In this document: positions 8,879 to 17,900 of the stretch, one piece after another
How the letters are laid out: each line of letters starts with the position of its first letter
Position numbering within the stretch: the first letter of the stretch is position 1
Notes under the pieces: generated by a model
The model's database searches: none
Told to the model about the DNA's origin: nothing
Seen by the model: only the letters and a program-made list of their open reading frames with translations
Made by a program: the position numbers and the translations under genes
Assembly: GCA_038044405.1 (NCBI GenBank)
Contig: JBBTAC010000002.1
Location: forward strand, 1-55,433
Length of the DNA stretch: 55,433 nucleotides
Source of the DNA: Nanobdellota archaeon
GTDB lineage: Archaea; Nanobdellota; Nanobdellia; Pacearchaeales; GW2011-AR1
Reading direction: 5' to 3'

Positions 8879-9265
8879 ATGATTAATTATATAGCTCTTT
8901 TGGTTGCTTCTATTGTAGGATATATTATTCCGATGATATGGTATGCTCCACCTTTATTTGGAAAAAAATGGATGAAGTATTCCGGCATTAAAGAAATGAA
9001 GATGAACCCTGCAATCATGTTTGGAGGATTTATTATTACAATTATATTTAATGGGGTTATTTCATGGATTATTGGACTAGCAAATATTACAACATTCGTA
9101 CAAGGAATGGGTATTGGTGCCATCCTTTGGCTCGGATTTATTGCAACCAGCCAGCTTGATTCAGTCCTTTATACCAAAAGACCAGTCGCCTTATACTGGA
9201 TTACATCAATTCAATATTTAATCTCCATGGTAATTGTTGGCGGCATATTAGCTGTCTGGCAATAA
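8879..9265 (+). CDS. DUF1761-like integral membrane protein (paralog of 5004..5429)
   Basis: MIWYAPPLFGKKWMKYSG motif, multi-TM, C-terminal GILAVWQ identical to the paralog. Confidence 0.75.
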   Translation: MINYIALLVASIVGYIIPMIWYAPPLFGKKWMKYSGIKEMKMNPAIMFGGFIITIIFNGVISWIIGLANITTFVQGMGIGAILWLGFIATSQLDSVLYTKRPVALYWITSIQYLISMVIVGGILAVWQ

Positions 9266-9308
9266 TTCTATTATAATATTTAAAGACATACAATATCTTA
9301 AAAAGAAA

Positions 9309-10442
9309 ATGGCAAATAAAATAGTTTATTTGGATTGTGCAGCAACAATGCCGCTTTATAAAGAAGTCGCAAAAGAAATGGAAAAATTTAATTCAGAAAA
9401 TTATGGCAATCCTTCTTCACAACATCAACTTGGAGAAAATGCGCAAAAATCTATAAATGAAGCAAGAAGAAAAATAGCAAACGAGATAAATGCCAAACCG
9501 CAGGAAATTATATTTACTTCAGGAAGCACAGAATCAAACAATATGGCTATTTTTGGTTTGGCAAAATTAAATAAAAATAAAAGAAAGATAATAATTTCTG
9601 CAATAGAACATTCTTCTATTTTTGAAATCTGCAACGAATTAAAAAAAGATGGATACGAAATTATCGAAATTCCAGTAAATAAAGAAGGAATTATAGACTT
9701 AAATGAATTAGAAGAAAAAATTGACAAGGATGCACTATTAGTCTCTATCATTCATGTTAATAACGAAATAGGAAGCATTCAAGATATCGAAAAAATAGGC
9801 AGAATATGCAAAGAAAATGGAGTTTATTTTCATACAGACACTGCACAGGGTTTTGGTAAATTAAATATCGACGTGAAAAAGATGAATGTGGATTTACTGA
9901 CAGCATCAGGCCATAAAATTGGGGGTCCCAAAGGAATAGGTTTACTATATGTAAGGGAAAATATTCCAATATCTCCAATTATCTTTGGAGGGGGGCAGGA
10001 GAGGAATCTAAGAGGCGGGACTGAAAATGTTCCAGCTATTATGGGATTTGTAAAAGCAGTTGAGATAATAAAAAGATCAGATAAAGAAAAAATAAAAGTA
10101 TTCCGTAATTACTTTATCCAGCAAATTGAAGAATTAGAAGGTAAAATAAATGGAAGCAAGGAAAAAGCAATTCCAAATATTATTAACATTTATTTCCCTA
10201 AAGCTGATGCTGAAAAAATAGTTTTATTTTTATCTCAAAAAGGAATTATGTGCTCAACAGGAAGTGCATGCGATAGCAAGAAAAAAAATGAAAGAGTATT
10301 GAAAGCTATAGGTTCAAGTGATAGTGCAAATAAAAGTATAAGATTCAGTTTTTCAGATAAGTTGGAAAAGAAAGATATAGACTTTGTTACTGAACAACTT
10401 AATAAAGTATTAAAAAATTTAGATTTTAAAGGCAAGATTTAA
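9309..10442 (+). CDS. iscS: Cysteine desulfurase (class V aminotransferase, IscS/NifS type)
   Basis: PLP-lysine motif SGHKIGGPKGIGLLYV. GGGQERNLRGGTENV. Active-site loop CSTGSACDS. Confidence 0.9.
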   Translation: MANKIVYLDCAATMPLYKEVAKEMEKFNSENYGNPSSQHQLGENAQKSINEARRKIANEINAKPQEIIFTSGSTESNNMAIFGLAKLNKNKRKIIISAIEHSSIFEICNELKKDGYEIIEIPVNKEGIIDLNELEEKIDKDALLVSIIHVNNEIGSIQDIEKIGRICKENGVYFHTDTAQGFGKLNIDVKKMNVDLLTASGHKIGGPKGIGLLYVRENIPISPIIFGGGQERNLRGGTENVPAIMGFVKAVEIIKRSDKEKIKVFRNYFIQQIEELEGKINGSKEKAIPNIINIYFPKADAEKIVLFLSQKGIMCSTGSACDSKKKNERVLKAIGSSDSANKSIRFSFSDKLEKKDIDFVTEQLNKVLKNLDFKGKI

Positions 10443-10466
10443 ATAATACTAATATTACCCAAATAT

Positions 10467-11369
10467 ATGAAATCTTCGTATATTGCCGGATTTATTTTGT
10501 GCTTGGCAGTTGTGCTAATCTCTGCAAGTGTTATTGCAGAAGATGCGAATATAGGGGAAAGCAAGAGGAATGACTTTAATGCAAGACTAGACCATGTTAG
10601 ATGTAGAATTGAATTAGTAAAAAAACAAATTAATCTGCTATCGGGTGTGGACGCGAGCCTTAATTCTTACAAAGCACTTTTAGACACAGATTACTTAAAA
10701 TTGCAGGAATTGGCAGCCACATTAAAGTCTAGAGAATTTAGTGATTATTTTACAACTATTTTTAAAGATAACTTAATGAATGCTGTTAAGGCAATTCAAG
10801 CCGATAAGAAAAATGTTAGAGGTGCAAATTTGACTAGAGAGGAAAAAATAAGCCTAAGAGACAATGATAAGGTTATTACTTCTGAATTTGCAGAATGCAT
10901 AAATAAGGCAGACAAGAATTTTACCGAGTCTAGAATAAAATATCTCGGCGCATGGATAAATAGATGGAATAATATAATTTCAAAGATGAAAGAGAAGGGA
11001 TATGACACAAGCGAAATGGAAGGTATTGTTGCTGACACAAAGAATGATTTATTGCTTGCATCGGATCAAATAAAAAATGCTGGAAGATCTGGAAAAAGAA
11101 TTGTGGTAGAAAATGCCAAGAATGTTCATTTGCATTCATGGGCTAGATTTGAAATAGCTAGAATAAGCAGCTATCTGAAGTCGATTGAAAGCGATTCTGT
11201 CGCAAAGGGTTATCAGTCAAATGTAGACTCAATAAAAGCAAAACTTGATGAAGCAAGCAATATAGCAGTTGTAGGAAAGAAATATAAAGACGGAGAATTT
11301 GAAGGTGTTTGGAAATTAATAAGAGATGCTGCTCAAATGCTAAAAGAATTAAATAAAAAATTAAGATAA
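10467..11369 (+). CDS. Secreted alpha-helical protein, unknown function
   Basis: N-terminal signal-like helix YIAGFILCLAVVLISASVIA. The remainder is charged and helical with no family motif. Confidence 0.6.
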   Translation: MKSSYIAGFILCLAVVLISASVIAEDANIGESKRNDFNARLDHVRCRIELVKKQINLLSGVDASLNSYKALLDTDYLKLQELAATLKSREFSDYFTTIFKDNLMNAVKAIQADKKNVRGANLTREEKISLRDNDKVITSEFAECINKADKNFTESRIKYLGAWINRWNNIISKMKEKGYDTSEMEGIVADTKNDLLLASDQIKNAGRSGKRIVVENAKNVHLHSWARFEIARISSYLKSIESDSVAKGYQSNVDSIKAKLDEASNIAVVGKKYKDGEFEGVWKLIRDAAQMLKELNKKLR

Positions 11370-11371
11370 AG

Positions 11372-11611
11372 ATGGAAGAGAAAAAGAAAGGTAGAGGGAA
11401 TAATAAGTGGATTTGGGCAGTAGCAATAATTATCGTACTTCTTGTTTTAATATTTGCTATCAAAGGAAATAAGAAAATAGAAACAACTAGCGGAGATGGA
11501 AACGTCCCGGAAACTGGAGATATAAATAGCCTAGATATCGGAGATAATCCAGATATAGGTGTAGAGGATTTTAATTCACTTCCTTCCTCTCAAGAGGCAA
11601 TAAGTTCATAA
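11372..11611 (+). CDS. Small single-pass membrane protein with acidic tail
   Basis: 79-aa ORF starting 3 nt after the preceding stop. TM segment WIWAVAIIIVLLVLIFAI, then a D/E/G-rich tail. Confidence 0.5.
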   Translation: MEEKKKGRGNNKWIWAVAIIIVLLVLIFAIKGNKKIETTSGDGNVPETGDINSLDIGDNPDIGVEDFNSLPSSQEAISS

Positions 11612-11692
11612 TAAAAAAATGAGAAAAACAATTCGAAAATCAAGGAGAAAAAGAAAATTGCTTATACTATTAAGAAAAAAAGGAATGAAAAA

Positions 11693-12742
11693 ATGAAAAA
11701 AACTATCTTTCTAATAATGGCAGGCATATTAATTATTGCTTTATTCAGTTTTGCTTTAGCAGATGAAGGTTCTAATTCAGATAAAGAATCCAATATAACT
11801 GCCGAAAAAGAAGACGATGATAGAGATTCCAATAACGAGCTAGAAAAATCTGATACTGAAATAAAAATTAAAGAGCAATTTAAAGAAAATGAAGTAGAAA
11901 TTGAAAGAGAAATAAAAAGCAAAGCAGAAGGCATTGAAATTAAAGAAAAATTTAGATTAAAAATTAAAGAGAAAAATGGTGAATTTGAAGTTGAAGGAAA
12001 AAAGAAGATAAAAATAAGGGAATTAGATGATATTGGAGAAAAAAAGGAGATTATTGCAGGAAGAATTAATGCAAAGACGGGATTAAATTTAACTGCAGAC
12101 GATTTAGGTGATGGAACAAGATTAAGGGCTATTCTTTCAAATGGAAAGTTTGCAGAGATTAAGATTATGCCAGATAAGGCTTCTGAAATAGCCCTAGGTA
12201 TACTAAAAGCAAAATGCGTAGAAAGAAATTGTACTGTCGAATTAAAGGAAGTTGGAGACAAATTAGGCTATGAGCTAGAAACAGAAAAAAATGTTAGCAT
12301 ATTCTTCTTCTTCAAGTCAAAAGTTAAAGTAAGGGCAGTTGTTGATGCAGAAACAGGCCAAATCATCTTGATAAAAAGACCGTGGTGGAAATTCTTATTT
12401 AAAGAAGTAGATGAAGAAGAAAATGAAGATTTAGAATCAAATATAGAGGCAGACGAAACAGCAGATGATAAGGGAAAGAAAGTAACGCTATGCCATATCC
12501 CTCCAGGAAACCCTGCAGGTAAGAATACAATTATAGTAGGTGAATCAGCTGTCAAAGCGCATTTGGCTCATGGCGATTATCTTGGTGCTTGCAAGATTTC
12601 AGGCAATGAAACCGGAGGATCAAACGGAAGCGGATCAGGCAGTGGATCAAGTGGAACAGGATCAAGTGGAACAGGAAATAGCTCTCAGACGAACATAACT
12701 GTTAATTTGATAGAAGGAGTCGGTGTTGGATCACAAGGATAA
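11693..12742 (+). CDS. Secreted protein with K/E-rich region, PepSY-like segment, Cys-bracketed CHIPPGNP...HGDYLGAC motif and G/S-rich tail
   Basis: Signal peptide MKKTIFLIMAGILIIALFSFALA. VDAETGQIILIKRPWW. LCHIPPGNPAGKNTIIVGESAVKAHLAHGDYLGAC. GSGSGSGSSGTGSSGTG. Confidence 0.7.
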   Translation: MKKTIFLIMAGILIIALFSFALADEGSNSDKESNITAEKEDDDRDSNNELEKSDTEIKIKEQFKENEVEIEREIKSKAEGIEIKEKFRLKIKEKNGEFEVEGKKKIKIRELDDIGEKKEIIAGRINAKTGLNLTADDLGDGTRLRAILSNGKFAEIKIMPDKASEIALGILKAKCVERNCTVELKEVGDKLGYELETEKNVSIFFFFKSKVKVRAVVDAETGQIILIKRPWWKFLFKEVDEEENEDLESNIEADETADDKGKKVTLCHIPPGNPAGKNTIIVGESAVKAHLAHGDYLGACKISGNETGGSNGSGSGSGSSGTGSSGTGNSSQTNITVNLIEGVGVGSQG

Positions 12743-12759
12743 TTAATTTAGCTAGTTGA

Positions 12760-13215
12760 TTAAACAGAAGCATCTAATTCTACATCTGAAATAAGCTCTT
12801 GATACTCTTTTCTTTCGTATTCTGCTTTATTTCTTGAATTATATCTAGGCAATATTTTATAGAATAGTTTTTCAATTGGATTCCTCGAATTTTCTTCATA
12901 TTCTCTTAATTGAGCATCAAAATTCTCAATCCAATTTCTTGCTTGCGGTTTTATAGTAGGATCATCTCCTTGAGATGCTTTTTTTAAAAAAGTAAAGACT
13001 TTTTCGTCTAGCGTTCCTTGAGGATTTATTAAATGCCTTCCTAAAATTGAAATTATATCTATTCTTGCTGAAGAATGAAGTTCCTCAAAGTTAGCATTCA
13101 TCAAGCAATTTAGGTTAAAAGTAGAGACATATCTAGGCTTTCCTCTTGCGAGTTTAGATAATTTTTCATCAACAGGTTTTTTAATATAGTGCGGTTGCCA
13201 ATATTTGGAATTCAT
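12760..13215 (-). CDS. Hypothetical protein
   Basis: 151-aa ORF that fills its slot cleanly. No recognisable motif. Confidence 0.5.
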   Translation of the reverse strand: MNSKYWQPHYIKKPVDEKLSKLARGKPRYVSTFNLNCLMNANFEELHSSARIDIISILGRHLINPQGTLDEKVFTFLKKASQGDDPTIKPQARNWIENFDAQLREYEENSRNPIEKLFYKILPRYNSRNKAEYERKEYQELISDVELDASV

Positions 13216-13294
13216 AGATCATAGGATTTAATATGTTTTTTAAATCTTTGTAAAATGTTTATTTTGTAACTACCCTATAATAATATATTAAATC

Positions 13295-13537
13295 TTATTC
13301 AAATTCTTCCAAGTCGTCCTCTGAAAAAGGAGCATAAGCAATTATTTCGCCTTCGTCATTAAGAATTGCAACATGATATTGACCGTTAGGCAGAACAATA
13401 TTAATTACTCCAATCATGCCTTTTTTTATTTCTGGCTGATCTTCACTTTCTTCTTTTTCATCATGATATTCGATATATTCAGGGTCAGGAGTAATTAAAA
13501 TTTTTACCCTCTCATGTCTTTTAAATTTTGTCTGCAT
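13295..13537 (-). CDS. Small acidic hypothetical protein
   Basis: 80-aa ORF directly abutting the upstream 83-aa ORF with no gap. Acidic, no motif. Confidence 0.5.
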   Translation of the reverse strand: MQTKFKRHERVKILITPDPEYIEYHDEKEESEDQPEIKKGMIGVINIVLPNGQYHVAILNDEGEIIAYAPFSEDDLEEFE

Positions 13538-13789
13538 TTATCTTTTTTTCCTAAATTTTTTAACAGATAAATTTTTTAATGGAATAGAATGCTTTGAGTA
13601 AAGTATCAAATAAATTATCTCCAATATACCAAAGGTATTGACTACTAAAAGGATAACGAACCAGACTGGTTGATTTAATCTAGAAGATTTCCATAAAGCT
13701 AATCCCTTCCAAATAAGCGCCCATATTACCAAAAATACAAGGATTATAGGGGAGATGTTTAGCTGTTCTGCCAATGTATCAAATACCAT
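13538..13789 (-). CDS. Small two-TM membrane protein (resembles the DUF5652-type WKGxALW...NTxGILE pattern)
   Basis: LIWKGLALWKSSRLNQPVWFVILLVVNTFGILEIIYL. The family assignment is from memory only. Confidence 0.55.
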   Translation of the reverse strand: MVFDTLAEQLNISPIILVFLVIWALIWKGLALWKSSRLNQPVWFVILLVVNTFGILEIIYLILYSKHSIPLKNLSVKKFRKKR

Positions 13790-13869
13790 ATTCTACTAAA
13801 TTAAACTAAGCTTATAAATATTTCTTGAAAGATATAAATCTTTAAATATTGAGCACATATTAATCTTAT

Positions 13870-14334
13870 ATGGAATTTGAAATTAATGGTATGCTACCTT
13901 ATGAAGTTGGAGTCAGCGATATAAAAATAGAGGATCTTCTTAATTGTTTTGTAAGAGCAAATTTAGGAATAAATACTTCTCTTTCACAAAAAACTATTGA
14001 GTACTCTATTGAAGGATGGGGATATGATCCAGAATCCCATATTGCAAAAGTTCCTTTGGGATTAGATATTAATAGCGATTTAGTCAAAGTTGTAGGTTAT
14101 ACTCTAAGAAGGAAAAATGTAGGTGAAAGATTAGAGATAGAACTTATTGATGAATTAGTACCAAGAGCAGCTGCTTTCGGAACAGTAAATGAGAATCATC
14201 CTGTTTTTAAACTGTCGTTTAGGGGATTTGAAAGAATGGCCAGATCAAATGATTTTTCAGCGCATGAAATCTTAAGAAAAGCGTATGGTGTGCTTGAAGA
14301 GTTTTATGAAAAAAGAAGCTTGTTGTTAAAATAG
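13870..14334 (+). CDS. Hypothetical protein
   Basis: 154-aa ORF, no recognisable motif. Confidence 0.5.
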   Translation: MEFEINGMLPYEVGVSDIKIEDLLNCFVRANLGINTSLSQKTIEYSIEGWGYDPESHIAKVPLGLDINSDLVKVVGYTLRRKNVGERLEIELIDELVPRAAAFGTVNENHPVFKLSFRGFERMARSNDFSAHEILRKAYGVLEEFYEKRSLLLK

Positions 14335-14448
14335 AAAATTTCCTTTTTATCACTCTAAAAATAAGACTAAAAATTTAAAAAATTTGTCGACGTATAACTT
14401 GGATACATAGAAATATTTATATAGAGAAAAAATAAAAAGTTAATATAA

Positions 14449-14495
14449 ACACAACAGATTGTGTTAAAAGACACTAAAACCACAAGCTATTGTGT
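14449..14495 (+). promoter_or_regulatory. Tandem NrdR boxes (operator) upstream of nrdR-nrdJ
   Basis: Box 1 is ACACAACAGATTGTGT (14449-14464). Box 2 is CCACAAGCTATTGTGT (14480-14495). Both are palindromic and close to the 16-bp consensus acaCwAtATaTwGtgt. Start-to-start spacing is 31 bp. A TATA-like TTTATATA at 14416-14423 lies just upstream, so box 1 would cover the expected transcription start. Confidence 0.75.
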
Positions 14496-14518
14496 AAAAT
14501 AAGAAAAGAGAAGAATAA

Positions 14519-14959
14519 ATGCTCTGCCCATATTGTTCACACGAAGAGAGCAAGGTAATCGATAAAAGAGACGCTAATGAGATTACAAGACGAAGGAGGG
14601 AGTGCTTAAAATGCAGTAATCGCTTTAACACAAGAGAAGCGGTTGAAAAAGCAGAGCTTCATGTCATAAAAAAAGATGGCAGAAGAGAAGAATTCAATAG
14701 AGCGAAAATAGAAAGAGGCATATTGAGGGCTTGTGAAAAGAGACCTGTAAATAACGAGACAATTGAAAAGATGATTAATAAAATAGAGGAAAAGATTAGA
14801 AAAAAAGGGAGTGAGGTTAAAGCTAGTTTTATTGGTGAATTAATTTCAAAGGAATTAAAGAAAACAGACAAAGTTGCATATATTAGATTTGCATCTGTTT
14901 ACAAAGACTTTGCCGATCTTGATGATTTTAAAAAAGAGATAAAGGGGTTGATTAAATAG
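14519..14959 (+). CDS. nrdR: NrdR transcriptional repressor (zinc ribbon + ATP-cone)
   Basis: MLCPYCSHEESKVIDKR...RRRRECLKCSNRFNTRE zinc ribbon, followed by an ATP-cone-like region. The gene ends 3 nt before nrdJ. Confidence 0.92.
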   Translation: MLCPYCSHEESKVIDKRDANEITRRRRECLKCSNRFNTREAVEKAELHVIKKDGRREEFNRAKIERGILRACEKRPVNNETIEKMINKIEEKIRKKGSEVKASFIGELISKELKKTDKVAYIRFASVYKDFADLDDFKKEIKGLIK

Positions 14960-14962
14960 CAA

Positions 14963-17900
14963 ATGGCAGAAGAGAATGTTATGAACGGCAATGGATATGA
15001 AAACGGCAATAGCAATGGATATGAAGATAAAAGGATATTTGTACAAAGATTAGATTCTATAAAACGTTCAATGCAGATTGAAAGATATTTTACTCAAGAA
15101 AACAAAAGTCCATTTATATACGGTATTAATGGAAAGCCTTTAAACTGGATTTCAGAAGATGTTAACGTTACAGATGATAGGGGAAAGTTAATATTTACCC
15201 AGCCAAGTGTTAGAAGACCTGATTTTTGGAGTCCTTTAGCGATTAAAGTAGTTGCGAGCAAATATTTTTGGGGCGACCAAGCAAAAAATGAAAGGGAGAA
15301 TACAGTAGAAAAATTAATAGGCAGGGTTTCTAGGTTTATAGGAAGACAATCATTAAAACAAGGATACTTTAACGAAAAAGAAAGCAGTATACTTCAAGAT
15401 GAGATATCGGCTATATGTTTAAATCAATTATGTGTTTTTAATTCTCCTGTTTGGTTCAATGCTGGAATTCAAGAATATCATCAAGAAGCAGGAGGCGTTT
15501 CAGCTTACGTCTGGGACGAGACAACTAAGGGCATAATAAAATCAGATAAAGCAATGGACAGACCACAATGTTCAGCATGTTTTATTTTAAGCGCAGAAGA
15601 TAATATGGATTCTATAATGGCTGTGCAGACTGCAGAGGCTAATTTATTTAAGGCAGGCTCGGGAACAGGAACAAATCGTTCTAATTTAAGAAGTTCAAGA
15701 GAAAAATTAACAGGAGGAGGAAGAGCTTCAGGACCTGTAAGTTTTATGAGAGGTTACGATGCATATGCCTCTGTTATCAAATCAGGAGGCAAGACTAGAA
15801 GGGCAGCAAAAATGGAAATATTAAATATAGACCACCCTGATGTAATGGATTTTATTAATGCAAAACAAACTGAAGAAAAAAAGGCATGGGCTTTAATTGA
15901 GCAGGGTTATGGTGGTGGAATGAATGGAGATGCATATGGCAGCGTTTGTTTCCAGAATTGCAATATGTCTGTAAGAGTTTCAGACGAATTCATGAAAGCT
16001 ATAAAAAATGATGGAGAATGGCAGACAAAATTTGTAAAATCAAATGGAGTATGCGAAACTTTTAAGGCAAGAGATATATTGGACAAAATAGCAGAAGGAA
16101 CTTGGATTTGCGGCGATCCAGGAATACAATGCGATACAATCATAAACAAATACCATACTTGCAAAAATTCAGGAAAGATAAATGCATCTAATCCATGCGT
16201 AACTGGAGACACAAGAATTTTAATAGAAGGAGGTAAATGGGTGAGAATTGACTCAATTTTAGATAAAGAATCAAATATTTTAACTAATACAGGGATTATT
16301 CAAGAATCAAAAATAAATGGTTCATTTAAAACAGGTAGAAAACCAGTATACAAATTAACAACGAAAAGTGGATACGAAATGAAATTAACTTCTGACCATA
16401 AAGTATTTACAATAAATAGGGGATTTGTTCCAGCATGCGAACTTACTAAAGATGATTATATATTGCTTCCAGCTTATAATGTGTCTGAGGTTGTAGAACC
16501 AGAAGATAAGAATTTTTATCAGATGTTAGGAGTTTATCTGGGAGATGGGCATGGCGGGATGAATAGCGAAAGTATACAGTTAACTATGAACAAAGAAGAA
16601 GAAATACCAATATTAGAAAGATTTGCTGAATATGTTGCAACTAACTATGAAAGAATAACTCACAAAAACTCTCCAGCAACTGTAAGAATTACACCTACTT
16701 CTTGCAAGTATAGCATTACTAATACATTTGTTATTAATAAATTCAAAGAATTTGTTGATTTATCTTTATTAGGGCATGAAAAATATATATCTAATAGAAT
16801 ATTTAGTTTAGGTTTAGGAGAGCAGAAATATATCTTACAAGGGTTATTTAGTTCTGATGGAACTGTTGCAAATTATGGGGAAAAATCCCAATATGTCTCT
16901 TTAGATTCTACAAGTTTACAATTATTGAAAGATGTTCAGCTTATTTTATTAGGATTTGGAATTAAGAGCAAACTGTATAAAAATAGAAGAGCTGGAAAAG
17001 ATAAAGCTTTCTTGCCAGATGGAAGGGGCGGATTAAAAGAATATAACGTAAAAGAAATGCATTCTTTAAGAATTTCTAGATCAGGAAGAATAAAATTTGA
17101 AAGATTAATAGGATTCATGCCGGAATCTAAGAAGGGCGAGAGACTTAGAAAGATGAATGAACAAATTGGCGTTTATAACGATAAACCAATTGATGCCGTT
17201 GAGTCTCTTAATTATATTGGAGAAGAAGAGGTCTACGACTTAACTGAGCCATTGACACACAGTTTTGTAGCAAATGGTATTACAGTTCATAATTGCTCCG
17301 AGTATATGTTCCTTGATGACACGGCTTGTAATTTAGCATCAATTAATCTAATGAAATTTAGAACAGAAAATGGCGGATTTGATGCAGAGGGTTACAAGAA
17401 AGTTGTTAGATATTTTATAACTGCTATGGATATTTTTGTTGATGGAGCAAGTTATCCAACTGAAAAAATTGCAGAAAGGTCGCACATTTTCAGAACATTG
17501 GGATTAGGCTATGCAAATCTTGGAGCATTGTTAATGTCTTTAGGCTTACCCTATAATTCCGACTCAGGAAGAGCTGTTGCAGCAGCAATAACTGCAATAA
17601 TGTGCGGAGAAGCATATAAAGCCAGCGCAGAACTAGCAAGATTAGTTGGACCATTTCCTGGATTTAAAGATAATAGAGAAAGCATGTTGAATGTTATTAG
17701 AATGCATAGAGAGCATGTTAAAGAAATAGACGTCGAAAAAATACCTGTCGATTTAAGAGATTTAGTAAATATAGCCTGGGATTGCTGGAGTGAAGCTCTA
17801 GAACTAGGCGAGAAATATGGATTTAGAAACGCACAAACAACTGTTCTAGCGCCAACCGGAACAATTGCATTTATGATGGATTGCGACACAACAGGTATAG

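Noticed and set aside
11619-11696. 25-codon highly basic upstream ORF (MRKTIRKSRRKRKLLILLRKKGMKK) overlapping the start of the 349-aa gene by ATGA
   Set aside because: It lies in an A-rich low-complexity spacer, where Lys/Arg codons arise by chance. There is no supporting evidence, so I did not annotate it, though ribosome profiling could revisit it.
11662-12261. 199-aa ORF antisense to the 349-aa secreted-protein gene
   Set aside because: Its S/F/I/L-rich low-complexity sequence is the mirror image of the K/E-rich sense gene. It has no motif and no independent start context, so it is a shadow ORF.
12644-12673. Tandem 15-nt repeat GGATCAAGTGGAACA x2
   Set aside because: It simply encodes the GSSGT-GSSGT part of a G/S linker in the secreted protein. 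It is too short to be a meaningful satellite or a CRISPR-like array.
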